NCBI GenBank assembly: GCA_965215885.1
Contig: CBDCEW010000085.1
Location: forward strand, 15,741-79,740
Direction of reading: 5' to 3'
Source of the DNA: Candidatus Moanibacter sp.
GTDB lineage: Bacteria; Verrucomicrobiota; Verrucomicrobiia; Opitutales; UBA2987
DNA length: 64,000 bases
This document shows positions 9,797 to 21,450 of this stretch, in pieces. The stretch's first letter is position 1. The number at the start of each line of letters is the position of its first letter. Position numbers and translations under genes: made by a program. Under the pieces are notes generated by a model. That model had not been told where the DNA came from and did no database searches. It saw nothing but the letters and a program-made list of their open reading frames with translations.

Positions 9797-10936
9797 TCAT
9801 TCGAAGAAACGTTTCGCCTTCTTAAAAAAACTCTCGCTTACTGGGTTGTCGGCATCGCCACAGGCCACGGCAAAGTCCTCCAGTATCTTGCGCTGATCGG
9901 AGGAGAGTTTTGTCGGGACCTCGATCTGCACCCGTATCAACTGATCCCCTCCGTAAGAATTTCGCAAACTCGGCATACCATGGCCACGCAGACGGAATGT
10001 CGTGCCGCTCTGTGTTCCTGAAGGAATCTTCAGGGAGGCCTTTCCGTTTAGAGTCGGTACATCGATTTTACCCCCTAACGAAGCGAGCGTGAATTTTATA
10101 GGGATTTCACAAAATAAGTCTTCCCCGTGCCTCTCAAATATCTCGTGTTCCCGCACGTGTATTACGACGTAGAGGTTTCCCGATTCCCCTCCCATAACAC
10201 CGGCTTCACCATTCCCGGCCGATCTCAACTTGGAACCCGTATCGACACCTGGAGGAATGCGCAGCTTGATCTTGCTGTTCTTCATAATACGACTGTCACC
10301 ACCACATTTCTTACACGGGTTCGCTACTTCGAACCCACTCCCTTGACAGTTAGGGCAGACCTGGCGAACGCTGAAAAACCCCCTTTGCGAGGTTACCTGG
10401 CCATGACCGCCGCAGGTCGAACAGGTCGATTTGCTCGAGCCCGGTTCGGCGCCACTTCCTCCACAACGATCGCATGGAGCAGCACGTCGATAAGATATCT
10501 CCCTTTCAATCCCTTTGGCTGCCTCGGCAAGATTAATCTCCAAATCGTAGCGAAGATCTGAACCGCGTTGTGCTCCACCGCGCGCAGCGGATCCGCCGCC
10601 ACCGAAGAAATCATCGAATATGCTACCTCCACCGCCAAATACCTCCCGGAATATGTCAAAGGGGTCATGAAACCCTCCAAACCCCCCTTGACCGCGCCCT
10701 ACTCCGCCCTGCTGAAACGCTGCATGCCCGTAACGATCATAAGCGGCACGTTTCTCCTCATCCTTCAGGATTTCATAAGCTTCCGAAACTTTCTTGAACA
10801 TTTCTTCGGCCTTCGGATCACCCTGATTCTTGTCGGGATGATACTTTACGGCTTTCTTGCGGTAGGCCTTTTTGATCTCTTCAGGGGAAGCCGAATTCGA
10901 CACCCCGAGGAGTTCATAGTAATCCTCTTTAGCCAT
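9797..10936 (-). CDS. dnaJ: Chaperone DnaJ
   Basis: J domain with HPD, G/F region, four CxxCxGxG-type motifs; start placed at MAKEDYY. Confidence 0.97.
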   Translation of the reverse strand: MAKEDYYELLGVSNSASPEEIKKAYRKKAVKYHPDKNQGDPKAEEMFKKVSEAYEILKDEEKRAAYDRYGHAAFQQGGVGRGQGGFGGFHDPFDIFREVFGGGGSIFDDFFGGGGSAARGGAQRGSDLRYDLEINLAEAAKGIEREISYRRAAPCDRCGGSGAEPGSSKSTCSTCGGHGQVTSQRGFFSVRQVCPNCQGSGFEVANPCKKCGGDSRIMKNSKIKLRIPPGVDTGSKLRSAGNGEAGVMGGESGNLYVVIHVREHEIFERHGEDLFCEIPIKFTLASLGGKIDVPTLNGKASLKIPSGTQSGTTFRLRGHGMPSLRNSYGGDQLIRVQIEVPTKLSSDQRKILEDFAVACGDADNPVSESFFKKAKRFFE

Positions 10937-10961
10937 TTGCGTAGAAGTTAGAGTCGAAAGA

Positions 10962-11627
10962 CTACGTCTTCTCTTCGTCCTGGCACGGCCCGCTCGAGAC
11001 AACCACCGACGCCGGCCTCAATAATCGTTCATGCATCTTATATCCAACGCGGGTCACAGCCAAAACGATCCCTTCATCCACCGTTTCACTCGGCATGTGC
11101 GAGACACCTTCGTGCAGATTAGGATCGAATGGGTCACTCCCGGGATCAATCTCTGTCACCCCATATTGCCTCAGGACATTTCTCACTTGCTCCACGGCCA
11201 AGGCAAATCCCTCGGTCACGTCTTTAGCCTCGAGGTGGCCGACTGCCGCATCAAGGCCAATCTTAAAACTGTCGAGTATGGGCAGGAGCTCTTCAATAAA
11301 ACCAGCTGCGCCATATTTTCGCAGCTCTTCTTTTTCACGCAAGGTGCGTTTGCGGTAATTCTCGAGATCGGCAACCGCGCGCAGGAACCGATCATGATTT
11401 TTCTTAGCTTGACCGAGTGTTTCTTCGAGTTTCCTCAGCAAATCCCCATGAGGTTCCTCCTCAGCGGGCCCCTCTACTTCCACTACCTCTTCCGCGGCGG
11501 ATTGCGCTTCATTCAAGGATTCCACCTCCTCAACCTTTTCTTCAATATCGGATGCTTCCGCACTCGTCTCCGGAGGGTCGCCTTTTTCTTCACGTATGTC
11601 AGTCGAAGTCTTACTGCTACCGCTCAT
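10962..11627 (-). CDS. grpE: Nucleotide exchange factor GrpE
   Basis: [36 protein letters not shown]. Confidence 0.96.
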   Translation of the reverse strand: MSGSSKTSTDIREEKGDPPETSAEASDIEEKVEEVESLNEAQSAAEEVVEVEGPAEEEPHGDLLRKLEETLGQAKKNHDRFLRAVADLENYRKRTLREKEELRKYGAAGFIEELLPILDSFKIGLDAAVGHLEAKDVTEGFALAVEQVRNVLRQYGVTEIDPGSDPFDPNLHEGVSHMPSETVDEGIVLAVTRVGYKMHERLLRPASVVVSSGPCQDEEKT

Positions 11628-11641
11628 AGCTTTATCTCAAT

Positions 11642-12454
11642 TTATTCTTTCTTCAGAGAATCAAATACACCCTTTATCACTTTGCCGGTACCCTCAGCGC
11701 CTTCCTTTATCTTCCTGGCTCCTCCTTCGAGGGTGACTGAGGGCATCTTTAGAATACCTTCGGCGAGGCCCTGGTAGGTTTCAATTTCAACCAGGGATTT
11801 CATAAAGCTGTTTACCAGAATCGCGAGACCCAATTGGGACAACTCGCGCGAAAGCGGCCCAACGATCTCCTTTACATCAGTAACCTCCTCAAGCTCGATC
11901 ACTATTTCCGGTTTGAATCTCCGCACTCGTGGATTGCGCCGAGAATAATCCGCATACTCTACCCTCTTCAGGCGAAGCTCAAAGTGTTCGATGAGGAACT
12001 GCCTCTCCTCAACAGCTTCCTCTTCCTCTTCAAGGTCCCCTACACTTCCCCGCAACGCATTTATGAAGCGAATCGCGTTATTCTCCTTCTCCGCGGTAGT
12101 GATATAGCCGAACTCTTCAACGTCGATAACAAGCTCCTCCAGAATTACCTTTTCCCTTAAAAGGCTCATCGGCTTAATATCCACCTTAAGCTGCCCGATT
12201 CTGATGAAAGTCGGTACGGGAAATGTCTCCGGATTCTCGATCACGGCTCCCGTCAACTCGACTGCTCCCCTGAAGACATTCACGTCCAGGTCTTCAAATT
12301 CGGCTTTGAAACCGGTGTGGTCCTCAATCTTGTCCTCCAAGAGCGTGGGCAGGTAGATCAGAGTCGCCCATACCACACCGATAAGAAGGAACGAGGCCAT
12401 CACGAAAAGGGAAAATAGGCATCCAATTGTCTTCCTGGCGATTTTGAACAGCAT
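11642..12454 (-). CDS. AsmA-like/DUF748-like membrane-anchored hypothetical protein
   Basis: N-terminal TM, then beta-rich segment with IENPETF...FIRI..LKVD. Confidence 0.5.
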   Translation of the reverse strand: MLFKIARKTIGCLFSLFVMASFLLIGVVWATLIYLPTLLEDKIEDHTGFKAEFEDLDVNVFRGAVELTGAVIENPETFPVPTFIRIGQLKVDIKPMSLLREKVILEELVIDVEEFGYITTAEKENNAIRFINALRGSVGDLEEEEEAVEERQFLIEHFELRLKRVEYADYSRRNPRVRRFKPEIVIELEEVTDVKEIVGPLSRELSQLGLAILVNSFMKSLVEIETYQGLAEGILKMPSVTLEGGARKIKEGAEGTGKVIKGVFDSLKKE

Positions 12455-12514
12455 ATACTCTCTCTATTGCGGAAATTCTGTGTATCTGATTAAGGTGTCG
12501 GCCGAAAAATAACC

Positions 12515-13465
12515 TCATGCAAAGTTGTCCGTAATCAAAACCGTGCTGTCCTGCGATGCTCGAAATGCGTATTTGCCACAGAATGGCAGGAGTGCGCTTT
12601 CTCCCATCTTCAAGCCCACTCTCGTGACCATGTCGTGCAGATCTCCGCTTACGACATGGACCAAGCGCGGTTGTTCCCAAGCGCCGAATTCCAAGCTCGG
12701 CTCCCCTGTTTTCAAGAAATATCGGGTCACCCGAAATTCAGAGCAGTTGGCAAGTTCCGTAACCCTACCAAGGTCTTTCTTAGGCGCAGGTGCGACATCG
12801 TCAAAATCAATACTGGACATTGCCTCCTCGAAATGAAGTGGGCGCGTTTTTCCATTCAGACCCACTCTATTCCAATCGTAGACACGATAGGTCGTATCCG
12901 AATTTTGCTGAATCTCGAGAATAAGGCATCCCGCATCGATCGCATGAAGCCTGCCGGCCGGCACAAACATGGAATCGTCGGGCCTCACTTCGCACCGGTG
13001 TAGCAGTCTCTCGAGCGTGTTATCCTGCAACGATTGCTCAATCTGTTCGCGGCTCACGCGCCTTCGAAACCCAATCATTACGGCCGCCTCTTCAGAAGTG
13101 TCGGTAACATACCACAGTTCGGTCTTCGGTTCTCCGCCCAGTTGAGAAGCAACCTCTCTCGGAGGATGTACTTGAAGACTGAGCCGCTCCTGACAGTCGA
13201 GCCACTTCACAAGCACGGGAAACGGACACTCGGCAGAGTATTCCGGCCCCATCAGTTCCCTCGAAGCGGACTCGAGTGCAGCCCGTAGCGTCCTCCCGGC
13301 CCATTCCCCTCCCGTGACTAACGATTGCGCTTCCGGACGGTCTACAACCTCCCAACTTTCCCCGATTCTACCACTCGCTGGAAGCTGCCGTCCCAGCTTA
13401 CTTTCCAACTTCCTCCCACCCCAAACACGTTCTTGATAAATGGGTTGAAAAGTCATAAAATCCAT
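12515..13465 (-). CDS. manA: Type I phosphomannose isomerase (cupin)
   Basis: RVWGG..L, IGESWE, LSLQVHP, KTELWY, PAGRLHAI, EIQQNSDTTYRVYDW. Confidence 0.9.
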   Translation of the reverse strand: MDFMTFQPIYQERVWGGRKLESKLGRQLPASGRIGESWEVVDRPEAQSLVTGGEWAGRTLRAALESASRELMGPEYSAECPFPVLVKWLDCQERLSLQVHPPREVASQLGGEPKTELWYVTDTSEEAAVMIGFRRRVSREQIEQSLQDNTLERLLHRCEVRPDDSMFVPAGRLHAIDAGCLILEIQQNSDTTYRVYDWNRVGLNGKTRPLHFEEAMSSIDFDDVAPAPKKDLGRVTELANCSEFRVTRYFLKTGEPSLEFGAWEQPRLVHVVSGDLHDMVTRVGLKMGESALLPFCGKYAFRASQDSTVLITDNFA

Positions 13466-13569
13466 CGAATGCGCGAAATTAGTGGGACTTTTTTGCACCG
13501 TCAACCAGCAATAGAAGAGTCCTGCCGAGAGGATTGACCTGAAGCAGGACGTCCGATTGTATTGATCTG

Positions 13570-16119
13570 ATGGCGAAGCCAAAACGAAAAGCTTCGAAAA
13601 AGAAGCCGACCTTTAACCCAAAGGACGCGCGCCCCAAACTGTTGCCGGGGATCATATTTCTGGGGCTTTCCATATTGACGTTCGTCTCGATATGGGACTA
13701 TCAGCCCGAGCAGAGCCCATTTATTACAACTTCGGCGGAGGACATTAGGGAAGGGGCGGCGGAGAAAACCGTAGCGGATTCGACCGGAGCAAAGAATAAA
13801 GTGGGTACCTTTGGCGCATTTGTGGGCTTTTGGGCCCTGCGCATGGTGGGCTTCGCCGCCTGGCTGATTCCAATCTACCTCCTTTGGTTCAGCTATATGT
13901 ATTTCTTCTCAAACTCACACAAAGTGAGAGTGCCAAAATACATCGCAATACTGGCCTCGTTGGCAAGTGCTGCCGCGATTGCCAATATGCTTGAATCGGA
14001 GTCGCTCAAAAAGGCCATCGATAATGATATGTATACAGCGGGCTTCGGCGGGATACTGGGCGATCTGATCTTCGCGAACCTCCTGGCTAAAATGCTCGGC
14101 ACTTTTGGAGGCGTTCTTGTTCTGGCTGCGATTTTCTTCGGAGGCACCTTCATCCTCCTCCACGACAATCTCGCGAGGGCCGGTTGGAAGGAAAAGCTGG
14201 AGAAATGGAAAGACGCGCGACGGGAACGCGTTGAGCAGAAAAGGGCTCAAGAAGAATCAGAAGAAAAGGCCAAAGCGACACCGACCAAGGCTAAACCTCT
14301 TCCGAAGCGACCCGGGCGGGAGATCCCAGCACTGCGAGACTCGGCCGGAGAAGATGAATCAGAGGCAGCCGCCGGTGCGGCCGAATCTCAAAGCGAGAGC
14401 AAACCCCCCATCGAGGAGCAGGAAAAAGCCGTCCTGGAAATTGGTGGCATTCCCGCCGCTCGCCCCAAGTCCTCGCAAGGTTCCGGGTTGAGAATCAAAT
14501 CGGAAGCGCAGAGAAGCGGCGGTAGATCGCGCGGGGCCCTCAAAATTGTCGCCGGGGAGACCACGGAGAAGGCCAGCGTTCCTCTTCCTGAGAAAAAGGG
14601 TGACTACCTCTTCCCTTCCCTCTCACTTCTCCAGCAAGAAGCTCCGCGGGACATGGGACAATCGGCGGAAGATCATCAAGCTGTTGCCGAGGCACTGGTG
14701 CGAACGCTCACTGAGTTTGGAGTCAAAGTTTCCATGGGAGAGGTGCACACGGGCCCCGTCATTACACGTTATGAAGTACTGCCGGCAGCGGGAGTACGGG
14801 TCGAGAAGATCATAAATCTCGATAAAAACATCGCTCTAGGCCTTAAAGCGGCTTCTGTGCGGATCCTCGCTCCCGTCCCCGGGAAGGGAAGCGTGGGTAT
14901 CGAAGTGCCGAATTCAAGCCCCTCGCCAGTTTCCATCCGTGAAATCCTGGAGTCGACCGCCTGGGCAGAAAGTGGCGCTGAAATTCCCGTCGCACTGGGA
15001 AGGGAAGTTACTGGTAAACCGTTGGTGGCCGACCTGGCGAAAATGCCCCATCTCCTCATTGCCGGCGCCACCGGGTCCGGAAAGACGGTCTGCATATCTG
15101 CGATAATCACCTCTCTTCTCTATCACGCCGGTCCGGATGAACTCCGTTTCGTCATGATCGATCCAAAAATTGTGGAGTTGCAGATCTACAACGATCTACC
15201 TCATATGCTCATTCCGGTAGTAACGGATCCGAAAAAAGTTCCCTTTGCTTTGAAATATCTGATTTCGGAAATGGAGCATCGCTACAAAGTCTTTGCCAAG
15301 ATCGGTGTGCGCAATATCGCATCCTTCAATGCCAAGAGAGCCGAAGATGTTAAAGGATCGGTCGCAGACAAGGAACTTGAGGCCGATCTCACCCCGGAAG
15401 AGCGCGTGGCAGCGGGCAACATTGAAGTGCCTCGCGACGAAGATATCGATATTCCGGAAAAGTTACCCTATATCGTCTGCATCGTCGATGAATTGGCGGA
15501 TCTCATGATGGTAGCTCCAGCCGATATCGAGACTTGCATCGCCCGCCTCTCGCAACTTGCTCGCGCTACCGGGATCCACCTCATCATCGCCACCCAACGC
15601 CCCTCTGTAAACGTGATTACGGGAGTGATAAAAGCCAACCTCCCCAGCCGTATCGCCTTTAAAGTCGCCTCCAAGGTGGACAGTCGGACTATCCTCGACG
15701 CAATGGGCGCGGATCACCTCATTGGCAGGGGAGATATGCTGTTCCTTCCCCCTGGTTCTTCGGATCTCATTCGCTCGCAGGGTGTTTTTGTATCGGATAA
15801 TGAGATTAAGAAGATAGTCAACTTCCTCAAACAGAAGGGGCCGCCCGAATTTGACGACGAGTTTCAACAGACTGTAGAATCCGGAGAACTCGCTGGCGAG
15901 AGCGTGATAGCCGAGGAGAGTGACGATAAACTGGTGCCCGACGCCATAGAAGTAATAAGAGCGACCAAACGTGCCTCGACTTCCATGCTGCAGCGGCGTC
16001 TGAGAATCGGCTACAACAGGGCTGCCCGGATCATGGAAATGTTAGAAGAAAAGGGTATCGTCGGACCCGAAAACGGCGCCCAGCCAAGAGAAATTCTCAA
16101 AGATCTCGATGCTCTCTGA
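13570..16119 (+). CDS. ftsK: DNA translocase FtsK
   Basis: N-terminal TMs, PHLLIAGATGSGKT, DELADLMM, ATQRPS, gamma domain LQRRLRIGYNRAAR. Confidence 0.97.
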   Translation: MAKPKRKASKKKPTFNPKDARPKLLPGIIFLGLSILTFVSIWDYQPEQSPFITTSAEDIREGAAEKTVADSTGAKNKVGTFGAFVGFWALRMVGFAAWLIPIYLLWFSYMYFFSNSHKVRVPKYIAILASLASAAAIANMLESESLKKAIDNDMYTAGFGGILGDLIFANLLAKMLGTFGGVLVLAAIFFGGTFILLHDNLARAGWKEKLEKWKDARRERVEQKRAQEESEEKAKATPTKAKPLPKRPGREIPALRDSAGEDESEAAAGAAESQSESKPPIEEQEKAVLEIGGIPAARPKSSQGSGLRIKSEAQRSGGRSRGALKIVAGETTEKASVPLPEKKGDYLFPSLSLLQQEAPRDMGQSAEDHQAVAEALVRTLTEFGVKVSMGEVHTGPVITRYEVLPAAGVRVEKIINLDKNIALGLKAASVRILAPVPGKGSVGIEVPNSSPSPVSIREILESTAWAESGAEIPVALGREVTGKPLVADLAKMPHLLIAGATGSGKTVCISAIITSLLYHAGPDELRFVMIDPKIVELQIYNDLPHMLIPVVTDPKKVPFALKYLISEMEHRYKVFAKIGVRNIASFNAKRAEDVKGSVADKELEADLTPEERVAAGNIEVPRDEDIDIPEKLPYIVCIVDELADLMMVAPADIETCIARLSQLARATGIHLIIATQRPSVNVITGVIKANLPSRIAFKVASKVDSRTILDAMGADHLIGRGDMLFLPPGSSDLIRSQGVFVSDNEIKKIVNFLKQKGPPEFDDEFQQTVESGELAGESVIAEESDDKLVPDAIEVIRATKRASTSMLQRRLRIGYNRAARIMEMLEEKGIVGPENGAQPREILKDLDAL

Positions 16120-16135
16120 TTCCGGACAATGATCC

Positions 16136-16924
16136 ATGCAGAATATCGGTGAGAAACTCGAAGAGGCGCGCAAGCGGCACGGTATCTCCATCAGAGAAGC
16201 GGCTGAGGCGACGAAGATTCGCGGCGACTTCATTGTCGCATTTGAGAACAACTCCATGGATATCCCGCTCCCTGAAGTCTACATACGCGGGTTTCTCACA
16301 AATTACGCAAGGTTTCTCAAGCTGGATCCAGATAAGATAATTACAGATTACGACGCCATGCAATTGGGGCAGGGAAAGGTTGCAAAAAAGGACACTCACG
16401 ACTTCCTCGGCCGCATGGATCTGCCCGAATCGGAACTCCCTTCCGAGCCATCGGATTTGGCCGAGGCCGAAACTGCCCCACCCGAACACCCATTTCAGTC
16501 GGACAAAGCCCTATATATTAAAGTGGGGCTGATTTTCGGCGGCACATTCCTCCTTGTTTTCCTTATTGTCATCCTTGTAAACCTCGTCGTTTCACGAAAA
16601 GGCCCCGAGCTGAATCCTGAACTGGGAGAATTTTCATCTCAACCCGGTAGCTCGGGAACCGGCTCCTCGCCTTCCTCCGCCAGCCCTCTCGGTGAAGAGG
16701 AGATCATCCTTATCGCCCTCGATGATGTAAACGTTGTGGTGCGACAGAAAATCGACAATAAACAGATTTTTAACGGCATGTTGGCCAAAGGGGATTCCGT
16801 TCCCGTTAGAAAAATGGGACCAGTCCGAATCAGCTTTCTGGAGGGAGACAATCTGATCGTGGAAAAAGCCGGGCAGAAATTTAAAATGGGAAAATCCGGA
16901 CCCGGTACGCGCAGTTTGGAATAG
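16136..16924 (+). CDS. RodZ-like HTH membrane protein
   Basis: IGEKLEEAR..GISI HTH, VYIRGFL.NYA, single TM; follows ftsK. Confidence 0.75.
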   Translation: MQNIGEKLEEARKRHGISIREAAEATKIRGDFIVAFENNSMDIPLPEVYIRGFLTNYARFLKLDPDKIITDYDAMQLGQGKVAKKDTHDFLGRMDLPESELPSEPSDLAEAETAPPEHPFQSDKALYIKVGLIFGGTFLLVFLIVILVNLVVSRKGPELNPELGEFSSQPGSSGTGSSPSSASPLGEEEIILIALDDVNVVVRQKIDNKQIFNGMLAKGDSVPVRKMGPVRISFLEGDNLIVEKAGQKFKMGKSGPGTRSLE

Positions 16925-16948
16925 GCCCTGGCTATCCTGGTTCCCTTG

Positions 16949-17560
16949 CTACTCTTCCCAGAACTGCATGAAGCCGCTGCGTCGGCGTAGGCTCAAGGGG
17001 ATGCCCAACACCTCAGCATAAACAAAAGCTCTTTTGAGACTGTCAGGGTCTTTCACGGCGTTTCGCAGGGCTTGCCTTTCCATAAGTCCGTCATGTACGA
17101 TCACTTCACTGATTTGTTGTCGCTGCCTTACGCGCTCCTTGTTTTCCATTGCTGTATGCAGCGAAGCGAGTTGGCCCTGCCGCAGTTGATCCATTTGCGC
17201 CTGTAGCCCGGCCGACGACGGCTGCTGCATAGCTGGATGTGGCGTCTCTACCACCACAAAAGGAGAATCGCCTCTGTGATGATCCGGCCCGCGCATCTCT
17301 TTGACAGCCGTCTCCAGTTGACGGACCGGCGGCGCGGGCGGCGCTCTCCCAGCAGAGGGGGGAGCTGGCGACTCAACTGTCCCCCGGTCCTGCTGTCTTT
17401 CTGCAATGCGTCGGCGTATCTCCTCCTGAATCTCCTGCTTTCGCCGCTCCGCCTCTTGACCTGGAGCGGCTTCGGAATCATCCTCTTCTTTCCCGAAGAA
17501 CTTGCGCGCTAACCAAATGACCACAAAAATGATCGGTACCAGCCATTCCAGTATGTCCAT
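16949..17560 (-). CDS. Hypothetical membrane-anchored protein of the floA cluster
   Basis: N-terminal TM and C-terminal LKRAFVYAEVLGIP motif; downstream of floA. Confidence 0.6.
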   Translation of the reverse strand: MDILEWLVPIIFVVIWLARKFFGKEEDDSEAAPGQEAERRKQEIQEEIRRRIAERQQDRGTVESPAPPSAGRAPPAPPVRQLETAVKEMRGPDHHRGDSPFVVVETPHPAMQQPSSAGLQAQMDQLRQGQLASLHTAMENKERVRQRQQISEVIVHDGLMERQALRNAVKDPDSLKRAFVYAEVLGIPLSLRRRSGFMQFWEE

Positions 17561-17654
17561 CGTCCTGTTCGCCGAATTCGGGTTATTTTTGAGTTTCGTC
17601 TTCTAAGAGCCTGTCGGCAAAGTCCGACGGAAAACTGAGGTCCTTCGACTCGCT

Positions 17655-18683
17655 CTACTCCGGTTCCTTCTCGCCCGGCCCCGCGATGGACTGCCGCATC
17701 TCAGTATCGGATTGAATGTTCATCATGCGATAGTAATCCATAACACCGAGTTTTCCGGACCTGAGGGCGTCCGCCATAGCCATCGGCACCTGTGCCTGAG
17801 CCTCCACCAGCTTGGCCTGCATCTCCTGCACTTTCGCGACGTTTTCCTGCTCCAAGGCAACGGCCGCCGCTCGCCTGATCTCAGCCTGCGCCTGGGCCAT
17901 GTTCTTGTTTGCCTCCGCCTGCGCTTCCTGCAGCTTCGCCCCAACATTTTCACCCACATCGACGTCCGCGATGTCGATAGAGAGTATCTCAAAGGCCGTC
18001 CCCGTATCGAGGCCGCGATCGAGGACGTTTGTAGAAATGGAATCGGGATTTTCCAATACCCACTTATAGCTTTCCGCTGAACCGATCGTTGTCACGATAC
18101 CTTCACCGACCCGGGCGATTATTGTCTCTTCCTGCGCGCTACCAACATAACGATCGAGGTTGCTCCGCACCGTTACGCGCGCCTTTGCCTTTACCTGTAT
18201 CCCGTCCTTGGCCACGCCGTCGATCGTAGCGCGGCCTCCCATATTTGGATCCGGGCAGTCAATCACTTTCGGACTTATTGACGTGCGCACCGCCTCAGTA
18301 ATGGATTTGGATGTTCCTTTGGTCGCGAGATCAATAGCGCAGGCCCGGTCCCAATCCAGGGGAATTCCCGCTTTCATTGCGTTGATCACACCCTGGGTTG
18401 TCTGGATGACATCTCCGCCCGCCATGTAGTGTTGCTCGAACTGGTCCGAGGGTATCTCAATTCCTGCTTTAACGGCAGTAATTCGTGCATCCACGATGAG
18501 CGAATAGGGATTCCCGCGTAGCCGCATTGCGACCAACGTGCCAAACCCAACATAGGCTCCCGACAACCACGCTTTCAACCAGACGTTGAAAAACGAAATG
18601 ATGATAAATGAGAGCACCAGAACAACGACGAGGCCGATGATCGACCCGATCTGCATGACGCTAATTGCTAACGGATTGGACAT
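17655..18683 (-). CDS. floA: Flotillin-like protein FloA (YqfA)
   Basis: [45 protein letters not shown]. Confidence 0.93.
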   Translation of the reverse strand: MSNPLAISVMQIGSIIGLVVVLVLSFIIISFFNVWLKAWLSGAYVGFGTLVAMRLRGNPYSLIVDARITAVKAGIEIPSDQFEQHYMAGGDVIQTTQGVINAMKAGIPLDWDRACAIDLATKGTSKSITEAVRTSISPKVIDCPDPNMGGRATIDGVAKDGIQVKAKARVTVRSNLDRYVGSAQEETIIARVGEGIVTTIGSAESYKWVLENPDSISTNVLDRGLDTGTAFEILSIDIADVDVGENVGAKLQEAQAEANKNMAQAQAEIRRAAAVALEQENVAKVQEMQAKLVEAQAQVPMAMADALRSGKLGVMDYYRMMNIQSDTEMRQSIAGPGEKEPE

Positions 18684-18884
18684 GATATTAGACTGAGTTT
18701 AATTTCGCGAAGTAATGATGTTTTAACGGGGAGGAAATCCATTGCGGGAACGCCCCGTAGTTTCGCGGTTGCCGGAACTGCGCGCCAGATCAATTTCCCC
18801 CCATCAACTTCAAGTTGTTGTCTGTCGGTTGCAATGTCAAGTACTCACCACTCGCACGGCCACCAGTACTCAAACCAGGCCAGT

Positions 18885-19349
18885 TCAGACTTTATCCACA
18901 ATGAGTCGAAAACTATCCTGGTTCACCACCTTTATGGGAGTGCCCTTGTCGAGTAATCCGCTCTGTGAAAAGGCCTCATACTGGACCCCCTCAACGACAA
19001 TTTTGCCGGTAGGATTGAGGCGGGTGCGTGTTTCCCCTTTCTTTCCAATAATCTCATTGCCGGCCTGTTCTTTTAGACTCGTTTCCTGCAGGGAAGACTT
19101 GTGAAAAAGTCGCTGCCCGAATCGTGTCTTTGGAATTATCTTCAGTTCCAGAATGAACATCGCGAGAGCGAGAATCATGGAAAGAAGAAAAGTAATCATT
19201 GCCGCCATTACGCCCATTTCGGTGTAGGCCACAACACAGGCGCCAAACATCAGCAAAACGCCTAAGATCGCAAGCAGCCCCCCAGGAATGAGAATCTCAA
19301 AAAAGAAGAGCACGAGGGCGATGCCTATTAAAGTAAGGATGAGGCTCAT
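18885..19349 (-). CDS. Short NfeD-family protein
   Basis: TM helices with FFEILIPGG, then OB-fold G.T.TRLNPTGKI...G. Confidence 0.85.
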   Translation of the reverse strand: MSLILTLIGIALVLFFFEILIPGGLLAILGVLLMFGACVVAYTEMGVMAAMITFLLSMILALAMFILELKIIPKTRFGQRLFHKSSLQETSLKEQAGNEIIGKKGETRTRLNPTGKIVVEGVQYEAFSQSGLLDKGTPIKVVNQDSFRLIVDKV

Positions 19350-21028
19350 GATTCTAAACTATCTACCAGGAGCGCGAAATTCTTATAGCCCACTACCTTT
19401 ATCATAGCGCCTCTCCTTACCGTTCCAAGGCTCAGCATTGCCTGGTAGCGTCTACCTCCGATATCGACTTCACCCATTGGATGGAGATCACTGGCAGCAA
19501 TGCCCTCACTCCCGACATCAGGTAAACTCGATTCGTTACTTAGGCTGCTCGCACCTCCCGCGGTCAGCGGATCGGCGGCGGCGACACTGCCGGCTAATAC
19601 AAGCTTATCGTAGATCCACGACCTCGGTAAGAACCGCCAGATCGCTACCCCTCCAAATATTGATATCAGAATTCCCAAGGCCAGATTGTAAATCGGTTGC
19701 CAGAGCACTTCAGGATCAAATTCAATACCATTTCCTCCATCCGGCCAAATATCCGCCATGGACCAAATGAGAGACCCCAATATCAGAACGATTCCCAAAA
19801 ATGCCGGGAAGACAGTACCGGGAAGCAAAAACAGTTCGATGCCGATAAGGATGATTCCGAGAAGGAAGAAAAGGATAGCCTCATACCCGGCCAGGCCCGC
19901 CACATAATTGCTGGCGAAGACCGTTAAAAGAAACGCAATTCCAATTCCGCCAATGAAACCGAATCCAGGAGTCTTGAATTCTATCATCATACACAGGAAA
20001 CCTATGCCCAGGAGAATGGGCGCAATAGCGTCCATATACTGGGCAAGTGTTTCAGACCAGGTAAGATTGAATTCCTTGATGACGTAATTTCCATCGCCGT
20101 ATTTCTGATCGAGTAGCTCCTCGAGCGTCTCCGCGATACCGGCCCCTAAAAGCGGCCGCGGAGGATCGCCATACTCTTTCATCGCCTCCGCCGCCGTCAG
20201 GGTCAACAGTTCCCCCTCTGGTTTGATGACTTCTCCCTCGATTTCAAGAACGTAGTCCGCATCCATCATGGCCTTAATCACCTTGGCCCGGTAGGGATCG
20301 GTCTCAGAGTAGTTGCGCACTTTTGCCCCCATATAGCTCTCGATTTTCTGCTTCGCTGTTTCAGGCACATCGTCCCCGGTTCCAAAGATTACCGCGGCGG
20401 CCCCGATCTGGCTCTTTGGCGCAAAGTATATCTCATCTGTCGCTGAGGCGATAAAAGCTCCCGCGGAGATCGCATCGACATTCACGAAAGTGACCGTCTC
20501 CCCTTGGAAACGATCCAGTATCTCCATGATTTCCAAGGTCACATCGACGCGGCCTCCTGGCGTATCCATATCCAGGACAATCACATCAACATCATTGTTA
20601 ATTGCCTCCTTGAGCCCACGACGCACGATATAAAGAGTCGGTTTCGAGATCGTATCCTGCACGGGAACGACGTAGACGGAGTGTTTCTTACCATCAGGGA
20701 GGGATCGAGGCGCTCGCTCTTTCTCGGTGGGCTTCTTGGGCTGTTCCTCTTCCACATTATCATCCGCCAATGTTTCCGTCGCTTCTACTTCCTTTGAGGG
20801 CCGGGAATCTTCCGTAAGACTCGATTCTTCCGTTTCCGACTGAGGCGCCTCCTCATTGGCCGTTTCTGTTTCGACATCCTGTCCGGGACCGGCTGCTTCC
20901 TCGATCTCAACTCTCAAGGTTCTGGCACTGTGCTTCGAAAAGGAATACGAGTACACAGAAACGATTCCGACCAAGACGATCATACTTAGTCTAACGGATG
21001 CGGCATCCCTTGAAGATCGTGTCAACAT
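19346..21028 (-). CDS. NfeD-family membrane-bound serine protease (ClpP class)
   Basis: MDTPGGRVD, AISAGAFIA, IGAA, LLTLTA, EFKTPGFG, C-terminal OB domain; start uncertain. Confidence 0.88.
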   Translation of the reverse strand: MLTRSSRDAASVRLSMIVLVGIVSVYSYSFSKHSARTLRVEIEEAAGPGQDVETETANEEAPQSETEESSLTEDSRPSKEVEATETLADDNVEEEQPKKPTEKERAPRSLPDGKKHSVYVVPVQDTISKPTLYIVRRGLKEAINNDVDVIVLDMDTPGGRVDVTLEIMEILDRFQGETVTFVNVDAISAGAFIASATDEIYFAPKSQIGAAAVIFGTGDDVPETAKQKIESYMGAKVRNYSETDPYRAKVIKAMMDADYVLEIEGEVIKPEGELLTLTAAEAMKEYGDPPRPLLGAGIAETLEELLDQKYGDGNYVIKEFNLTWSETLAQYMDAIAPILLGIGFLCMMIEFKTPGFGFIGGIGIAFLLTVFASNYVAGLAGYEAILFFLLGIILIGIELFLLPGTVFPAFLGIVLILGSLIWSMADIWPDGGNGIEFDPEVLWQPIYNLALGILISIFGGVAIWRFLPRSWIYDKLVLAGSVAAADPLTAGGASSLSNESSLPDVGSEGIAASDLHPMGEVDIGGRRYQAMLSLGTVRRGAMIKVVGYKNFALLVDSLES

Positions 21029-21091
21029 TAGCAAAGTACTATTCTGAAAAGCGCAGATAACAAATGCAAGCCCACGCAAGGTAGGCTTTTG

Positions 21092-21255
21092 CTAGGAATC
21101 TGTCGGACTTAGAATTCCTAACATTCCCTTGGTGCAGATTTCATGGTTACAGATCGACATTCCGACCCAGATAAGACCGACAGATTCCTAGCAGCCTGTC
21201 GGAATGAAACCGAGTAACTCTTTCGAAAGATGCACAAAGTCCGACAGGCCGCTAG
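21092..21255. mobile_element. Two tandem CTAG-bounded mini-MITEs
   Basis: CTAGGAATCTGTCGG...CCGACAGATTCCTAG (21092-21191) and CTAGCAGCCTGTCGGA...TCCGACAGGCCGCTAG (21188-21255). Confidence 0.65.
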
Positions 21256-21450
21256 TTGGAAGACAGCGACCCACCCAAAATGTTGCCAGGCTGCGCTCAG
21301 GCCTTGCAATTTTCACCTTCGTCTAATCTGCTAACTTCGAATTTTCACAAGATATTCCGGTCAATTGACTCCAACGATCCGGCTCCTCCCACAATCCCTC
21401 ATCGGCCGCCGCGGACTCGATGCGATCCGGCTCCTCCCACAAGGTCCCTC

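Noticed and set aside
11620..12520. CIRCE operator for grpE-dnaJ
   Set aside because: No TTAGCACTC-N9-GAGTGCTAA match seen.
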